The notes below the pieces were generated by a model. The model did not search any database. It saw only the letters and a program-made list of their open reading frames with translations, and had not been told where the DNA came from. Both the position numbers and the translations under genes were made by a program. DNA of 64,000 nucleotides, taken from contig CAZNIV010000003.1 in NCBI GenBank assembly GCA_964573235.1, positions 1,482 through 65,481 of the forward strand. Direction: 5' to 3'. Numbering within the stretch: position 1 is the stretch's first letter; every line of letters starts with the position of its first letter. This DNA comes from an uncultured Gammaproteobacteria bacterium (GTDB lineage: Bacteria; Patescibacteriota; Patescibacteriia; 2-01-FULL-39-33). Below are positions 28,928-37,757 of this stretch, in pieces.

Positions 28928-30649
28928 TTATTCTCTAGTTACTCTTAATACTTCTTCGATAGTGGTATCGCCAAATTTGGCTTTAATAAAACCGTCTTGC
29001 ATAATGGTGGTCATGCCATTTTTAATAGCAGTACTTTCTAATTGTTCGCGAGAAGCTTTTTGGAGGATTAATTCAGACATTTCAGTGTTAACTTCTAATA
29101 ATTCATATAAACCAACGCGGCCTTTGTAGCCGGTATTATTACAAATTTGGCAACCCTTGCCTCGGAAAAATAATATGGAACGAATGTTTTGATCTTTACT
29201 TAAATAACCACGAGACATTAGGGATTTTTCTACCTTATCCAGATCAAATTGTTTTTCTAATTCGGTAATAGTTTTCTTGTCTAAGTTATAGCTCTCGATG
29301 CAATTTTTACAAATTTTTCGGGCTAAACGTTGAGCAATAATTAAGTTAATAGTGGAGGCTAATAAAAAGGTTGGGATATTCATATCAAGCAAGCGAGGAA
29401 TAGCAGTAACCGCATCATTAGTATGCAATGTAGTGAGTACTAAGTGACCTGTCATGGCGGCATTAATGCTGATTTCGGCAGTTTCGGTATCGCGAGTTTC
29501 ACCAACTAGAATAATGTTAGGGTCTTGGCGTAAAAAGGCGCGCAAAGCCGAAGCAAAAGTATAGCCGATCTTTGGTTGAATTTGGCTTTGGTTGACTCCT
29601 GGCATGCGATATTCGATTGGGTCTTCAACAGTGGAAATATTAATTTCAGGCTTATTTAAAACACCGATAATTGTGTATAGGGTAGTGGTTTTACCAGAAC
29701 CGGTAGGGCCAGTTACTAAGATCATGCCGTGAGGTTTATAAATATTGCGCTCTAAAATCTCTAGGGCCTGAGGTAACAAGCCTAGTTGCTTGAGAGTCAG
29801 GGTTTGATTAGTATCAGGTAATAAACGCAAGACAATTTTTTCGCCGTCAAAAGTGGGGATAATAGAAACACGGAAAGATACTTGGTATTCGTTAGTTTTT
29901 ATCTTAAAGCGCCCATCTTGAGGTAAGCGATGTTCATCGATTTTTAAATTAGACAAGATTTTGATACGGGCTACTACGCCAGCATGAATAGCCTTGGGCA
30001 GTGTCATTACCTTTTTTAAGATGCCATCAATACGGTAACGCACGATTACCTCTTTTTCTAATGGTTCAATATGAATATCTGAGGCTTTTTCTAAATATGC
30101 GTATTCTAATAAAGTATCTACTACGCGAACAACGGGTAGATCTTGAGCTAGGGTTTTTAATTTGTCACTGCTTTCATTATCTTTATTTTCACTTTCTAAT
30201 TCTTTAAATTCAGCGTTTAACCCTTTATGATAGTGCTTTAAACCTTCTTGAATGCCTTCGGGGGTGGTAATATGTAGTTTGATTTTTAGTTCAGTTTTTT
30301 TGGCTAAAAAATCGCATAACTCCATGTTGGAAATATCTAGGCCAGCGATGAGTAATTCCGTATCGGTTTTATCAAAGGCAATCGTTTTATGAGCTTGAGC
30401 GGTAATTTCTGGAACTAATGATAAAACATCTGGGCGGATAGTTTTAACTTTTAAATCAATAAATGGCAGCTTATAAAATTTAGCTACCATTTCGTATAAG
30501 GCAACGGGGGTAACAAATTTATCGCGGATTAATAAATCCTCCACATTCTCACCATTCTTTTTGCTGGATTCAACATATGAAATAAGTTGCTTTTCATTAA
30601 GCAAGTTATTTTCTTTGACGATGATTTCTAAATCTTTTCGATTAATCAT
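28928..30649 (-). CDS. pilB: Type IV pilus assembly ATPase PilB (GspE family)
   Basis: Walker A GPTGSGKTTT, LRQDPNIILVGETRD, His box TGHLVLTTLHTN, tetracysteine CKNC...CQICNNTGYKGR. Confidence 0.95.
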   Translation of the reverse strand: MINRKDLEIIVKENNLLNEKQLISYVESSKKNGENVEDLLIRDKFVTPVALYEMVAKFYKLPFIDLKVKTIRPDVLSLVPEITAQAHKTIAFDKTDTELLIAGLDISNMELCDFLAKKTELKIKLHITTPEGIQEGLKHYHKGLNAEFKELESENKDNESSDKLKTLAQDLPVVRVVDTLLEYAYLEKASDIHIEPLEKEVIVRYRIDGILKKVMTLPKAIHAGVVARIKILSNLKIDEHRLPQDGRFKIKTNEYQVSFRVSIIPTFDGEKIVLRLLPDTNQTLTLKQLGLLPQALEILERNIYKPHGMILVTGPTGSGKTTTLYTIIGVLNKPEINISTVEDPIEYRMPGVNQSQIQPKIGYTFASALRAFLRQDPNIILVGETRDTETAEISINAAMTGHLVLTTLHTNDAVTAIPRLLDMNIPTFLLASTINLIIAQRLARKICKNCIESYNLDKKTITELEKQFDLDKVEKSLMSRGYLSKDQNIRSILFFRGKGCQICNNTGYKGRVGLYELLEVNTEMSELILQKASREQLESTAIKNGMTTIMQDGFIKAKFGDTTIEEVLRVTRE

Positions 30650-30711
30650 GTTCTAAGTTATTATTGTTATCAATATTATAACATATTTTGGGGTTAAAGA
30701 GAAAACTAAAA

Positions 30712-30733
30712 AACCCTGAAGTTATTCAGGGTT
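30712..30733 (-). terminator. Terminator downstream of the GT4 gene (minus strand)
   Basis: AACCCTGAA / TTCAGGGTT with loop GTTA. The T-run is on the minus-strand side (plus-strand CTAAAAA). Confidence 0.6.
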
Positions 30734-30750
30734 TTAGAGCGGGGAGTTTT

Positions 30751-31890
30751 TTAGGCGATTTTTAAAGATTTTTTAGCGATTAAGTTTTGGTATTGGATAA
30801 TAGTTTTGTGAGCGATATCATCCCAATTATAATCTTTATCTACCATGATTTTGGCTTTTCTGGCCAAGTCAGTAATAAGGTCATGGTCAGTATCGGCTAA
30901 GACTAATTGTTTGGTTAAATCAGCTCCACTTTTATTTTTAAAAGATAAGCTGTAGTCGCCAGTAGCTTCTAGGTTTTCTGGAATATCACTAACAATGACT
31001 GGGATTTCATAAGCCATAGCTTCTAGTAGGGCGATAGATAAGCCCTCAGCTTCTGAAGGTTGCACGAATAAGTAAGCGTTGGTGAATAAGGTATTTAATT
31101 CATTACCGGATTGAGAGCCAGTAAAAATAATATTTGGATTATTTACAGCTAAACGGTGTAAGTAAGAAACATATTCATCAGTATTGGATCCGCCACCAAC
31201 AATGACTAATTTTTTATCGGTTTTAATTTTTTGGTAAGCATCAATTAAAGTATGAACACCTTTATGTTGTACTAGGCGAGAAACTAAAACAAAGTATTTT
31301 TGCTTCTCTAAGCCATATTTATTTAAAATAGCAATTTGATGGCTGGAATTTTTTGCTGGGCTAATATTAACACCATTAGGAATGTAAGTAGCTTCTCGGT
31401 TAAATTGGGTTTTGACATATTTTTGTAATCCCTTAGAAATGACAATGGTTTCATGAGGAAAGTGGCAAGCGGCCCATTCTCCCATGGCTAACATTAATTT
31501 AGCAAAGTGACCCCATTTTTGATGTTCTTTATCTTGGCAGTGAAAGGTAACAACGACTTTGGTTTTTGGCGCTAACAATCTAGGAATCCAAGATAATAAA
31601 GCGGGGCCAACGCCATGGTAATGAATGACATTATAATTTTGAAAGATGGCATGCAAAGAAGAGAATAGGGTATGAGAAATAGCGTCTAAATTTTTGGTGT
31701 TAATGGATGGGCAATAAATTAAATTAACATTTTTATATTCGCTGTGACGATTGCCGGTATAATGCTCGCGAGCATACACAGTAACCGATTCATGGGCTTG
31801 GGCTAAACGCACAGCTAACTCCTCGACATGTTTTTCAATGCCGCCTTGTTTAGTAGGGATGCCTTTTTGTCCAATGAATGCGATTTTCAT
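30751..31890 (-). CDS. Family 4 glycosyltransferase
   Basis: GT-B fold with E-x7-E region EAEGLSIALLEAMAYEIPVIVSDIPEN. Confidence 0.85.
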   Translation of the reverse strand: MKIAFIGQKGIPTKQGGIEKHVEELAVRLAQAHESVTVYAREHYTGNRHSEYKNVNLIYCPSINTKNLDAISHTLFSSLHAIFQNYNVIHYHGVGPALLSWIPRLLAPKTKVVVTFHCQDKEHQKWGHFAKLMLAMGEWAACHFPHETIVISKGLQKYVKTQFNREATYIPNGVNISPAKNSSHQIAILNKYGLEKQKYFVLVSRLVQHKGVHTLIDAYQKIKTDKKLVIVGGGSNTDEYVSYLHRLAVNNPNIIFTGSQSGNELNTLFTNAYLFVQPSEAEGLSIALLEAMAYEIPVIVSDIPENLEATGDYSLSFKNKSGADLTKQLVLADTDHDLITDLARKAKIMVDKDYNWDDIAHKTIIQYQNLIAKKSLKIA

Positions 31891-31920
31891 ATATTTTTGG
31901 CTATTTGTTGTTGACTAATG

Positions 31921-31949
31921 ATTATAGCACAATGTGATAATTCTGTCAA
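31921..31949 (-). promoter_or_regulatory. Consensus sigma70 promoter for the GT4 gene
   Basis: Minus strand reads TTGACA (31949-31944), 17-nt spacer, TGC-TATAAT (31926-31921). Confidence 0.55.
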
Positions 31950-31986
31950 GTATTTAAGAAAAGTGAGAAATTTTGGAATTAAAGAA

Positions 31987-32038
31987 GCCCCGCGACCCTA
32001 GTGATTGCATTGGTTGCGTTCACTTTGGGTGGCGGGGC
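31987..32038 (-). terminator. Long GC-rich imperfect hairpin at the 3' end of the high-GC cassette (probable terminator)
   Basis: GCCCCGCGACCC (31987-31998) pairs with GGGTGGCGGGGC (32027-32038) with one mismatch. Inner GTGA/TCAC pairing. T-rich run follows on the minus strand. Confidence 0.5.
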
Positions 32039-32054
32039 TGGAGGCGGTTGGGGT

Positions 32055-32552
32055 TCAGTTGATCGGAATATTTTCTTCCGCGTCACCGTCCTTGGCGGCG
32101 ACAAGTTTGGTGTCCTTGCCATTGCGGGTGACGGCGGTTTTTTTGGTGTTTAGGAACACCTTGCTGCCGTCCTTGAGGACGACGTAGATGTTACACACCG
32201 TTCCAGCTGGCAACTTGCTCAGGTCGTAACCAACGGCAGTCTTGCCGTCGTAGCTGAATCCTGCTCCCGTGATGGGGTCGGCGCTGACCAGATTACCGGC
32301 CTCGTCGAGTTTCGCGTTGCTTTCGCTGTGGCAACCGTAGGGCGCCGATTTCGACATGATGAGCACGCCGATCTTGGTGATCTGGTCGATGGCGACGGGC
32401 TTGATGAGCCCGACGACATTCCCATCCTTGACAGCGACGGCGACGTGGATACCATTGGCATCCTTGGTCACATCGGCATCGGCGGCCTGGGTGTTGATGG
32501 CGGACAGTGCGGTCAGGGCGACCGCGGCGAGGATTGCGATTGTCTTTTTCAT
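32055..32552 (-). CDS. Secreted protein of unrecognised family, encoded in a high-GC cassette (165 aa)
   Basis: AGGGAG lies 8 nt upstream of ATG 32552. Signal peptide MKKTIAILAAVALTALSAINTQA|AD. Strong G/C third-position bias, two Cys. The ORF-track start at 32618 is an upstream extension. Confidence 0.7.
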   Translation of the reverse strand: MKKTIAILAAVALTALSAINTQAADADVTKDANGIHVAVAVKDGNVVGLIKPVAIDQITKIGVLIMSKSAPYGCHSESNAKLDEAGNLVSADPITGAGFSYDGKTAVGYDLSKLPAGTVCNIYVVLKDGSKVFLNTKKTAVTRNGKDTKLVAAKDGDAEENIPIN

Positions 32553-32728
32553 GGTAACTACTCCCTGTTGTTTTGAATACACACCACCGACAGTCGTTGC
32601 CGGCAGTAGGAACGACACCAGAACCAGGCACTGAAACTTTTTTCTCCTTTGTTTTTTTGTTTTTGTTGTATTGAAAGGTTCGAAGCTAATCGATTTGTCT
32701 AAAGCACTTTATCAGTACTCGACTAAGT

Positions 32729-32757
32729 ATTGTATCAGATAAGTGTGTATTTGTCAA
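32729..32757 (-). promoter_or_regulatory. Near-consensus sigma70 promoter reading into the high-GC cassette
   Basis: Minus strand reads TTGACA (32757-32752), 17-nt spacer, TACAAT (32734-32729). Lies in AT-rich, host-like DNA. Confidence 0.5.
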
Positions 32758-32793
32758 TAGTTAAATGATTAAAATCCCTTAGATTAGCTAAAT

Positions 32794-34482
32794 TTATCTA
32801 ATTTTACCATTAATTAGCCCATTTTTATCTAAAGCGGCATCAGTATTAATTGGTTTGGTGCTATAAGTTAAGGTTTCACCAGTAAGGGTGTCTTGGGCGC
32901 TAGCGGTAGTGGTGTTGATGATTTTTCCAACCATTCCGCCTTGGTCGGCAGTAGGAGTAAACTCTACTTCAAAGGCGCAAGCAATGCTAGGATAATTAGC
33001 ACTAGGGGCATTCACGGTATCAACATTCCAAGTGATTAAGTTATTTTTGGTATCGTAATGAACTCCACCATTAGCGGTAGTAGTGTATTGCCCGGTCCAG
33101 CGGACATTTTGACCAAGAGAAGTTTTAACTTGTAAATCTCTTAGATCATTTATATTGCTAGTAACTTGCATGGCTACCCAATAGCGAGTGGCCTCGCCGA
33201 TTTTCGGCGGTAATGGGCCAAAGCCAATTTGGTCACCTTCGGCGGTGAAGTATTTTAGGGTCACTGGCAAGGTCATTAAAGTGTTGATTTTTTGATTGAT
33301 AACATCAGCTGATTGAAAGCCAATATTGCCATCTGGCATAGTGTAATTTAGTTGGGTGGCTATGTTAAGAAAATTATTTTTTTGTTCACCATCCTTAAGA
33401 TTAATAGAAAAGGGAATGACTATAGACGCTTCTGGATTTAGACTGGCTAAGGCTAAAGTATTAGTGCGATCAAATTTAATGTTAGTGTCGCCTAATAGAT
33501 TATCCTCAGTAATATTAAGGGTGATATTTTTGACGGTAAAGTTTTCATGATTAATAATGGTGGCCAAATAAGAATTAACGCCAAAATTGGCATTTGTACT
33601 ATTGGCTTTAATGACTAAATCAATCTTAGATTTTTTAAAATTAATGGTAATGTTATTTTCAGCTAATTGATTTGAGCTATTGTCGGTAGTAATTTGGATC
33701 TTAAAAGAGTTGAGGGTTTTATTAATATTGTTTTTTACAGTTTTGGCAACAATCGTGCCAGTTAAACTTTGCTTAGGGTTTAGGGTAATGTTTTTTATGG
33801 GCAAAGTAGAAGAAGTGATGATTAAATTATTAGATAATAAATTATGACTCAGGGATAAGTTATTAATCGTGTTGTCACTTTTATTTTCAAGCGTAACATA
33901 GAAGGTAACTGGTTGACCGGCAAAAGCCCAGTCGGTAGCCTTTATGGTTAGAGACAATGGAGAGTCGCTGATATTTATTAGCTGGTTAATTTTTTTGGTA
34001 CGCTTGGCAGTATTGCCCTCGGGGATGAAAGTTAGTATTGAGTAAATTTGTTGTTCAGTTTTTGGCATCGCCCAAAACTTGCCGGAAAGGTTAATGGCGC
34101 CCTTGGCATTAATATCTAAGTCACCTAAGTTAAAGGTGATAGTTTTTTGGTCAAATTTTTGACTTGGAGATCCGCCAATTAATTCAAAGCTGTTAGGTAG
34201 ATTAAAAGTTAGTGTGGCTTGATTAAGTTGTTTACCTGATTTATTTTCGTAAGAAAAAATAAGATTAGTAACATCACCAGCAACAGTAGATTGATTTTGA
34301 TTTTCAGCGATTAAATCAATTTTATTTTCAATACGAAAGGCCACTTTATCTAAATGGCTATATAAACTAAGTGCCAATAAAATACCGACTAAAAAAAGCA
34401 AGAAAAAATTAAATACCAATGGGACCTTTTTTGTTTCAAATCGGCTGGCCGCAAAATCTTTTAGGAGTTTTTTTAGTTTCAT
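32794..34482 (-). CDS. Membrane-anchored, repeat-rich surface protein (DUF11/CARDB-like beta-sandwich modules, unverified)
   Basis: N-terminal TM (VPLVFNFFLLFLVGILLALSLY). N/T/S-rich beta-strand periodicity with recurring L.F.L.N...G....L.G modules. Confidence 0.6.
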   Translation of the reverse strand: MKLKKLLKDFAASRFETKKVPLVFNFFLLFLVGILLALSLYSHLDKVAFRIENKIDLIAENQNQSTVAGDVTNLIFSYENKSGKQLNQATLTFNLPNSFELIGGSPSQKFDQKTITFNLGDLDINAKGAINLSGKFWAMPKTEQQIYSILTFIPEGNTAKRTKKINQLINISDSPLSLTIKATDWAFAGQPVTFYVTLENKSDNTINNLSLSHNLLSNNLIITSSTLPIKNITLNPKQSLTGTIVAKTVKNNINKTLNSFKIQITTDNSSNQLAENNITINFKKSKIDLVIKANSTNANFGVNSYLATIINHENFTVKNITLNITEDNLLGDTNIKFDRTNTLALASLNPEASIVIPFSINLKDGEQKNNFLNIATQLNYTMPDGNIGFQSADVINQKINTLMTLPVTLKYFTAEGDQIGFGPLPPKIGEATRYWVAMQVTSNINDLRDLQVKTSLGQNVRWTGQYTTTANGGVHYDTKNNLITWNVDTVNAPSANYPSIACAFEVEFTPTADQGGMVGKIINTTTASAQDTLTGETLTYSTKPINTDAALDKNGLINGKIR

Positions 34483-34485
34483 ATA

Positions 34486-36585
34486 TTATTGGTTATTATT
34501 GATTATGGAGCTGATAGTAAATACGTTACTACTCAAAGCAATAATTTCTTTTTTGCCATCACCGTTTAAATCAGCTACGGTTACGCTGATGCCTTGACGA
34601 TTTTTCGGTACATAAGCCATAAAAGAGGAAAGTTGTTTACCGGTGTTAGAAAATACTTTTATTTCTGGCAAGGCATTGAAGCCGGCGCCAGTAATAATTT
34701 CTGCCCTGCCATCACCATTAACATCGCCAGCGGTTAGATTAACCCCATTGCGTAATTTATTATTATAAGCAAAAAAATCATTTATTAACTTGCCATTAGT
34801 ATCAAAAACTTTAACATGTGGACCGCCTCCATTGCCAGCTCCAGCGATAATTTCTACCTTGTTGTCGTCATTAATATCACCGACAGCGACATTTACTCCT
34901 AGCTTGATAGTTTTATTATTAAAAGCAGAAAACGATTTTGATTCTTGGCCGTACCAATTGAAAATTTTAATAGTATTGCCACCACCATTTTCTGATCCGG
35001 TGATAATTTCTTTTTTGCCATCGCCATTAATATCGGCTACAGCCAAAGAGATGCCATCTTGATATTTTTCACCATAAGGCATGAAGGTGGCAATGTTAAT
35101 TCCAGTTTCGCCAATAACATTAATAGTATTATTAGAAGCGCTAACGGTTTCAATAGTGCCATTATTATTAACATCGGTTTTGATTACTTTGTTGCTACCC
35201 TTTTGGTTTTTGTCGTAAGTAAAAAAACCGGTGCGAATATTATTTCCGGTGCTATCAAAAATTCTGGCGAAGGCGCCATTGATAAATACCGCATCTTTGA
35301 TTTCATTAACCCGACGGAGAAGAATAATGCCATCACGAGAAGCGAGGGTGACTTTGTTTATGATAGAGCCGTCATTAGTAATAGGATCTTGGTTGCCATG
35401 AATTTTTTCATACTCGCCATCAAAATAGGCTTCTTGGGGGTAGTCGGTAGAATTAACTAAAACAATGCCGTTAGTGAAATCGCGTTGCCAGAGACCACTA
35501 GTCATTTCGGGGTTGTTGGGGTTGAGTAAATTTTTTGTTCGTGATTGTGGTTCACCTAGATTAATATCAAATTCATCATACCACCAAAAGTGTTCACGCA
35601 ATTGTGGGCCGTAATCCATGGCATAAAAACCATTAAAGAGTAAGGAAGAGGCTAGAGTAAAACGCATTTTTTGATAGTCTTGGTTATTGGTGTTACCGGT
35701 ATTGCTATCTATTATATTAATGCGAGGCAAATAGCCGTTACCGTCTACTTGCTCATATTTTTTCATAGAACCAAGCCAGTCACCTTCGTATTGTTCCGGA
35801 AACCCTTCAAACATACGACCATTTAAGTATTGATGGTATAAGCCATCGCCATTGCCGACGATTAAATATTTGCTATCAATACGGGTGCGTAGTTTTTTGA
35901 GCAGATCAATATTGCCCTGTTGCCAGAGGCGGTCAATTTTTTCTTTGTTGTCATATATGCCGTCATTATCGATATCAATTTTGGCGTCCACCCAAGAAAC
36001 GGTTTGCCAGATATTATCTAATAATAAGCCATCCCATAAGCCCGTATTTAAAATTTTGTTTTGGTAAAAATCAGCCAAGAAATCGCCGTAAGTTTTATTG
36101 TTTTCATCTTTACTATAAGGATTCATTGAGACATTACCAGTCCACCAGGAAATATTTTTTCCATCAGTGGTTTTTAATTGCCATTGAGTTTTGGCGGCGC
36201 TAGTTAAATCATGCCACAAACCAATACCGCTTGGCTCGACTTCGTTTAGTCGGTATAGTGGTATTTCGTTGGAAGAAGTATAGGCGAGAATGATAATGTT
36301 TTTATTAAGTTGGCGCATTAGCCTGATAGCATCTGCAGAGTCATTTTGAGCTTGCATGCTTAAAGAAACTAAATCATATTTAGCTAGTTTTTTAGCTTCT
36401 TCTAAAGTAACGGGAGTTTTCCAAAACATGTTGGCCACTTTTGGATATTTGCCATCATTTTTTTGAGTCGCATCACCAGTGAAGTCGGGAAAAAATAAAA
36501 CCAAAGCTAAGAAAGCCGAAGCAAGGATGGTAGCCAAGGTGAAATCTAATTTTTGATATTTATTTCTTTTTCTTCTCATAATCAA
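34486..36585 (-). CDS. Membrane-anchored fusion of a glycoside-hydrolase-like TIM-barrel region and C-terminal FG-GAP/VCBS repeats
   Basis: N-terminal TM. GLWDGLLLDNIW is a GHL-type motif. At least four repeats of the form D(I/V/L)NGDGKKEIITG...GG..IKVF. Confidence 0.7.
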   Translation of the reverse strand: MIMRRKRNKYQKLDFTLATILASAFLALVLFFPDFTGDATQKNDGKYPKVANMFWKTPVTLEEAKKLAKYDLVSLSMQAQNDSADAIRLMRQLNKNIIILAYTSSNEIPLYRLNEVEPSGIGLWHDLTSAAKTQWQLKTTDGKNISWWTGNVSMNPYSKDENNKTYGDFLADFYQNKILNTGLWDGLLLDNIWQTVSWVDAKIDIDNDGIYDNKEKIDRLWQQGNIDLLKKLRTRIDSKYLIVGNGDGLYHQYLNGRMFEGFPEQYEGDWLGSMKKYEQVDGNGYLPRINIIDSNTGNTNNQDYQKMRFTLASSLLFNGFYAMDYGPQLREHFWWYDEFDINLGEPQSRTKNLLNPNNPEMTSGLWQRDFTNGIVLVNSTDYPQEAYFDGEYEKIHGNQDPITNDGSIINKVTLASRDGIILLRRVNEIKDAVFINGAFARIFDSTGNNIRTGFFTYDKNQKGSNKVIKTDVNNNGTIETVSASNNTINVIGETGINIATFMPYGEKYQDGISLAVADINGDGKKEIITGSENGGGNTIKIFNWYGQESKSFSAFNNKTIKLGVNVAVGDINDDNKVEIIAGAGNGGGPHVKVFDTNGKLINDFFAYNNKLRNGVNLTAGDVNGDGRAEIITGAGFNALPEIKVFSNTGKQLSSFMAYVPKNRQGISVTVADLNGDGKKEIIALSSNVFTISSIINNNQ

Positions 36586-37753
36586 TTAATGCTTCATATA
36601 TGGCGGATATTTTTTCGTAGTGTTTATTGGCAGAATAATCTAAACTAAAGGCGTAAGCATTTTTACCCATCCTTGTTGTTTCATTTGGGTTGTCTAGTAA
36701 ATATTGTATTTGCTCAGCCAGTTCTTGGTGATTGTCGCTAGTAAAAAGCAAGCCAGTTTGTTGTGGTTGGATTAGGTTGTTAAATGATCCGGCACGGGAA
36801 GCAATGACTGGCTTGCCACAGGCGAAGGTTTCTAGGGCGCCTAAGCCGAAAGTTTCGTGAACCCGAGAAGGAAAAACGGCAAAGTCAGCATTTTGAATAA
36901 AATTAAGCAATTCGTTTTTTTCTTTGCGTCCGATAAAAACCACCTTGTCAGTTAAGTTTAATTTTTTGACTTGATTTTTTAAATTAATTTCTTCTGGCCC
37001 CGAACCAATGATGACTAATTTGTGGTCGGTTTTAATTTGGGCAAAAGCATTAATTAAAACATCGGCACCTTTGCTTTCATCTAAACGGCCAAAGAATAAG
37101 ACATAAGGATAGCCGATAGGCTTGGGTTGAGTTTGATATCTTTCTAAATCGATAAAGTGGGGAATGACAATAATTTTTTGGGCGTCAAAACCATTTTTAA
37201 TTAGTTGTTCTTTGACAAATAGTGAGGGCGCAATAAACATATCTACATAACGGCGATAGATATTAATTTTTTTATGAAAAGCAAATTCTAGTTTTAGCAG
37301 TAGATCCACTAGACGAGAATTTTTAGCGGGTTGATTTTGGCCGATGCGTAAGGTGTAGTCGTGCTTGATTAGTTTAAAGTCATGAACGGTCATTACAATG
37401 GGTAAATTAAATTTTTTGATCGCTGGCAAAATAGAAGGCGATATTTGATGATAAATATTATGAAGATGGATTAAATCTGGGCGCTCTTTTTTAATTAGGG
37501 CGGAAATTTTTCTGGCGGCGCTGAACGACCAAAATAAGCGACCTAGGCGCCAAAAGCTAGACCAGCTAAATTTATCCAATGGTAAGTCGCTAATAAATAA
37601 GTCACTATTTGGGGAGGGGTAGTTTAGGGGGTGTTTTTGGGAGAAAGTTACATTTTTGTGGCCTTTTTTTTCTAATAAATTCATCAATGAAAATAGGTAA
37701 GTTTCGGTACCGCCTTTAGGATAAAAAAATTTGTTTATATGTAATATTTTCAT
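36560..37753 (-). CDS. Family 4 glycosyltransferase
   Basis: E-x7-E region HETFGLGALETFACGKPVIASRAG with a GT-B N-terminal domain. Confidence 0.85.
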   Translation of the reverse strand: MKILHINKFFYPKGGTETYLFSLMNLLEKKGHKNVTFSQKHPLNYPSPNSDLFISDLPLDKFSWSSFWRLGRLFWSFSAARKISALIKKERPDLIHLHNIYHQISPSILPAIKKFNLPIVMTVHDFKLIKHDYTLRIGQNQPAKNSRLVDLLLKLEFAFHKKINIYRRYVDMFIAPSLFVKEQLIKNGFDAQKIIVIPHFIDLERYQTQPKPIGYPYVLFFGRLDESKGADVLINAFAQIKTDHKLVIIGSGPEEINLKNQVKKLNLTDKVVFIGRKEKNELLNFIQNADFAVFPSRVHETFGLGALETFACGKPVIASRAGSFNNLIQPQQTGLLFTSDNHQELAEQIQYLLDNPNETTRMGKNAYAFSLDYSANKHYEKISAIYEALIDYEKKKK

Positions 37754-37757
37754 ATAT

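Noticed and set aside
31987-32038. The 3' hairpin of the cassette as an integron attC site or other recombination site.
   Set aside because: I could not identify a convincing R''/R' core (RYYYAAC / GTTRRRY), and the window has no intI or further cassettes. A terminator is the simpler reading.
31987-32631. High-GC island interpreted as a large structured ncRNA, since GC-rich islands in AT-rich genomes are often RNAs.
   Set aside because: The block has clear triplet periodicity with G/C at third positions, a credible RBS and ATG, a signal peptide and protein-like composition. I saw no extended helices apart from the 3' hairpin. An overlapping RNA element cannot be fully excluded without folding or covariance analysis.
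32005-32634. Five extra ORFs (32005..32187+, 32219..32461-, 32293..32631-, 32328..32576+, 32356..32634+) overlapping the 165-aa gene.
   Set aside because: They are Arg/Pro/Gly-rich out-of-frame or antisense reads of a GC-rich gene, which has few stop codons. Only the 32552->32055 frame has an RBS, a signal peptide and GC3 bias.
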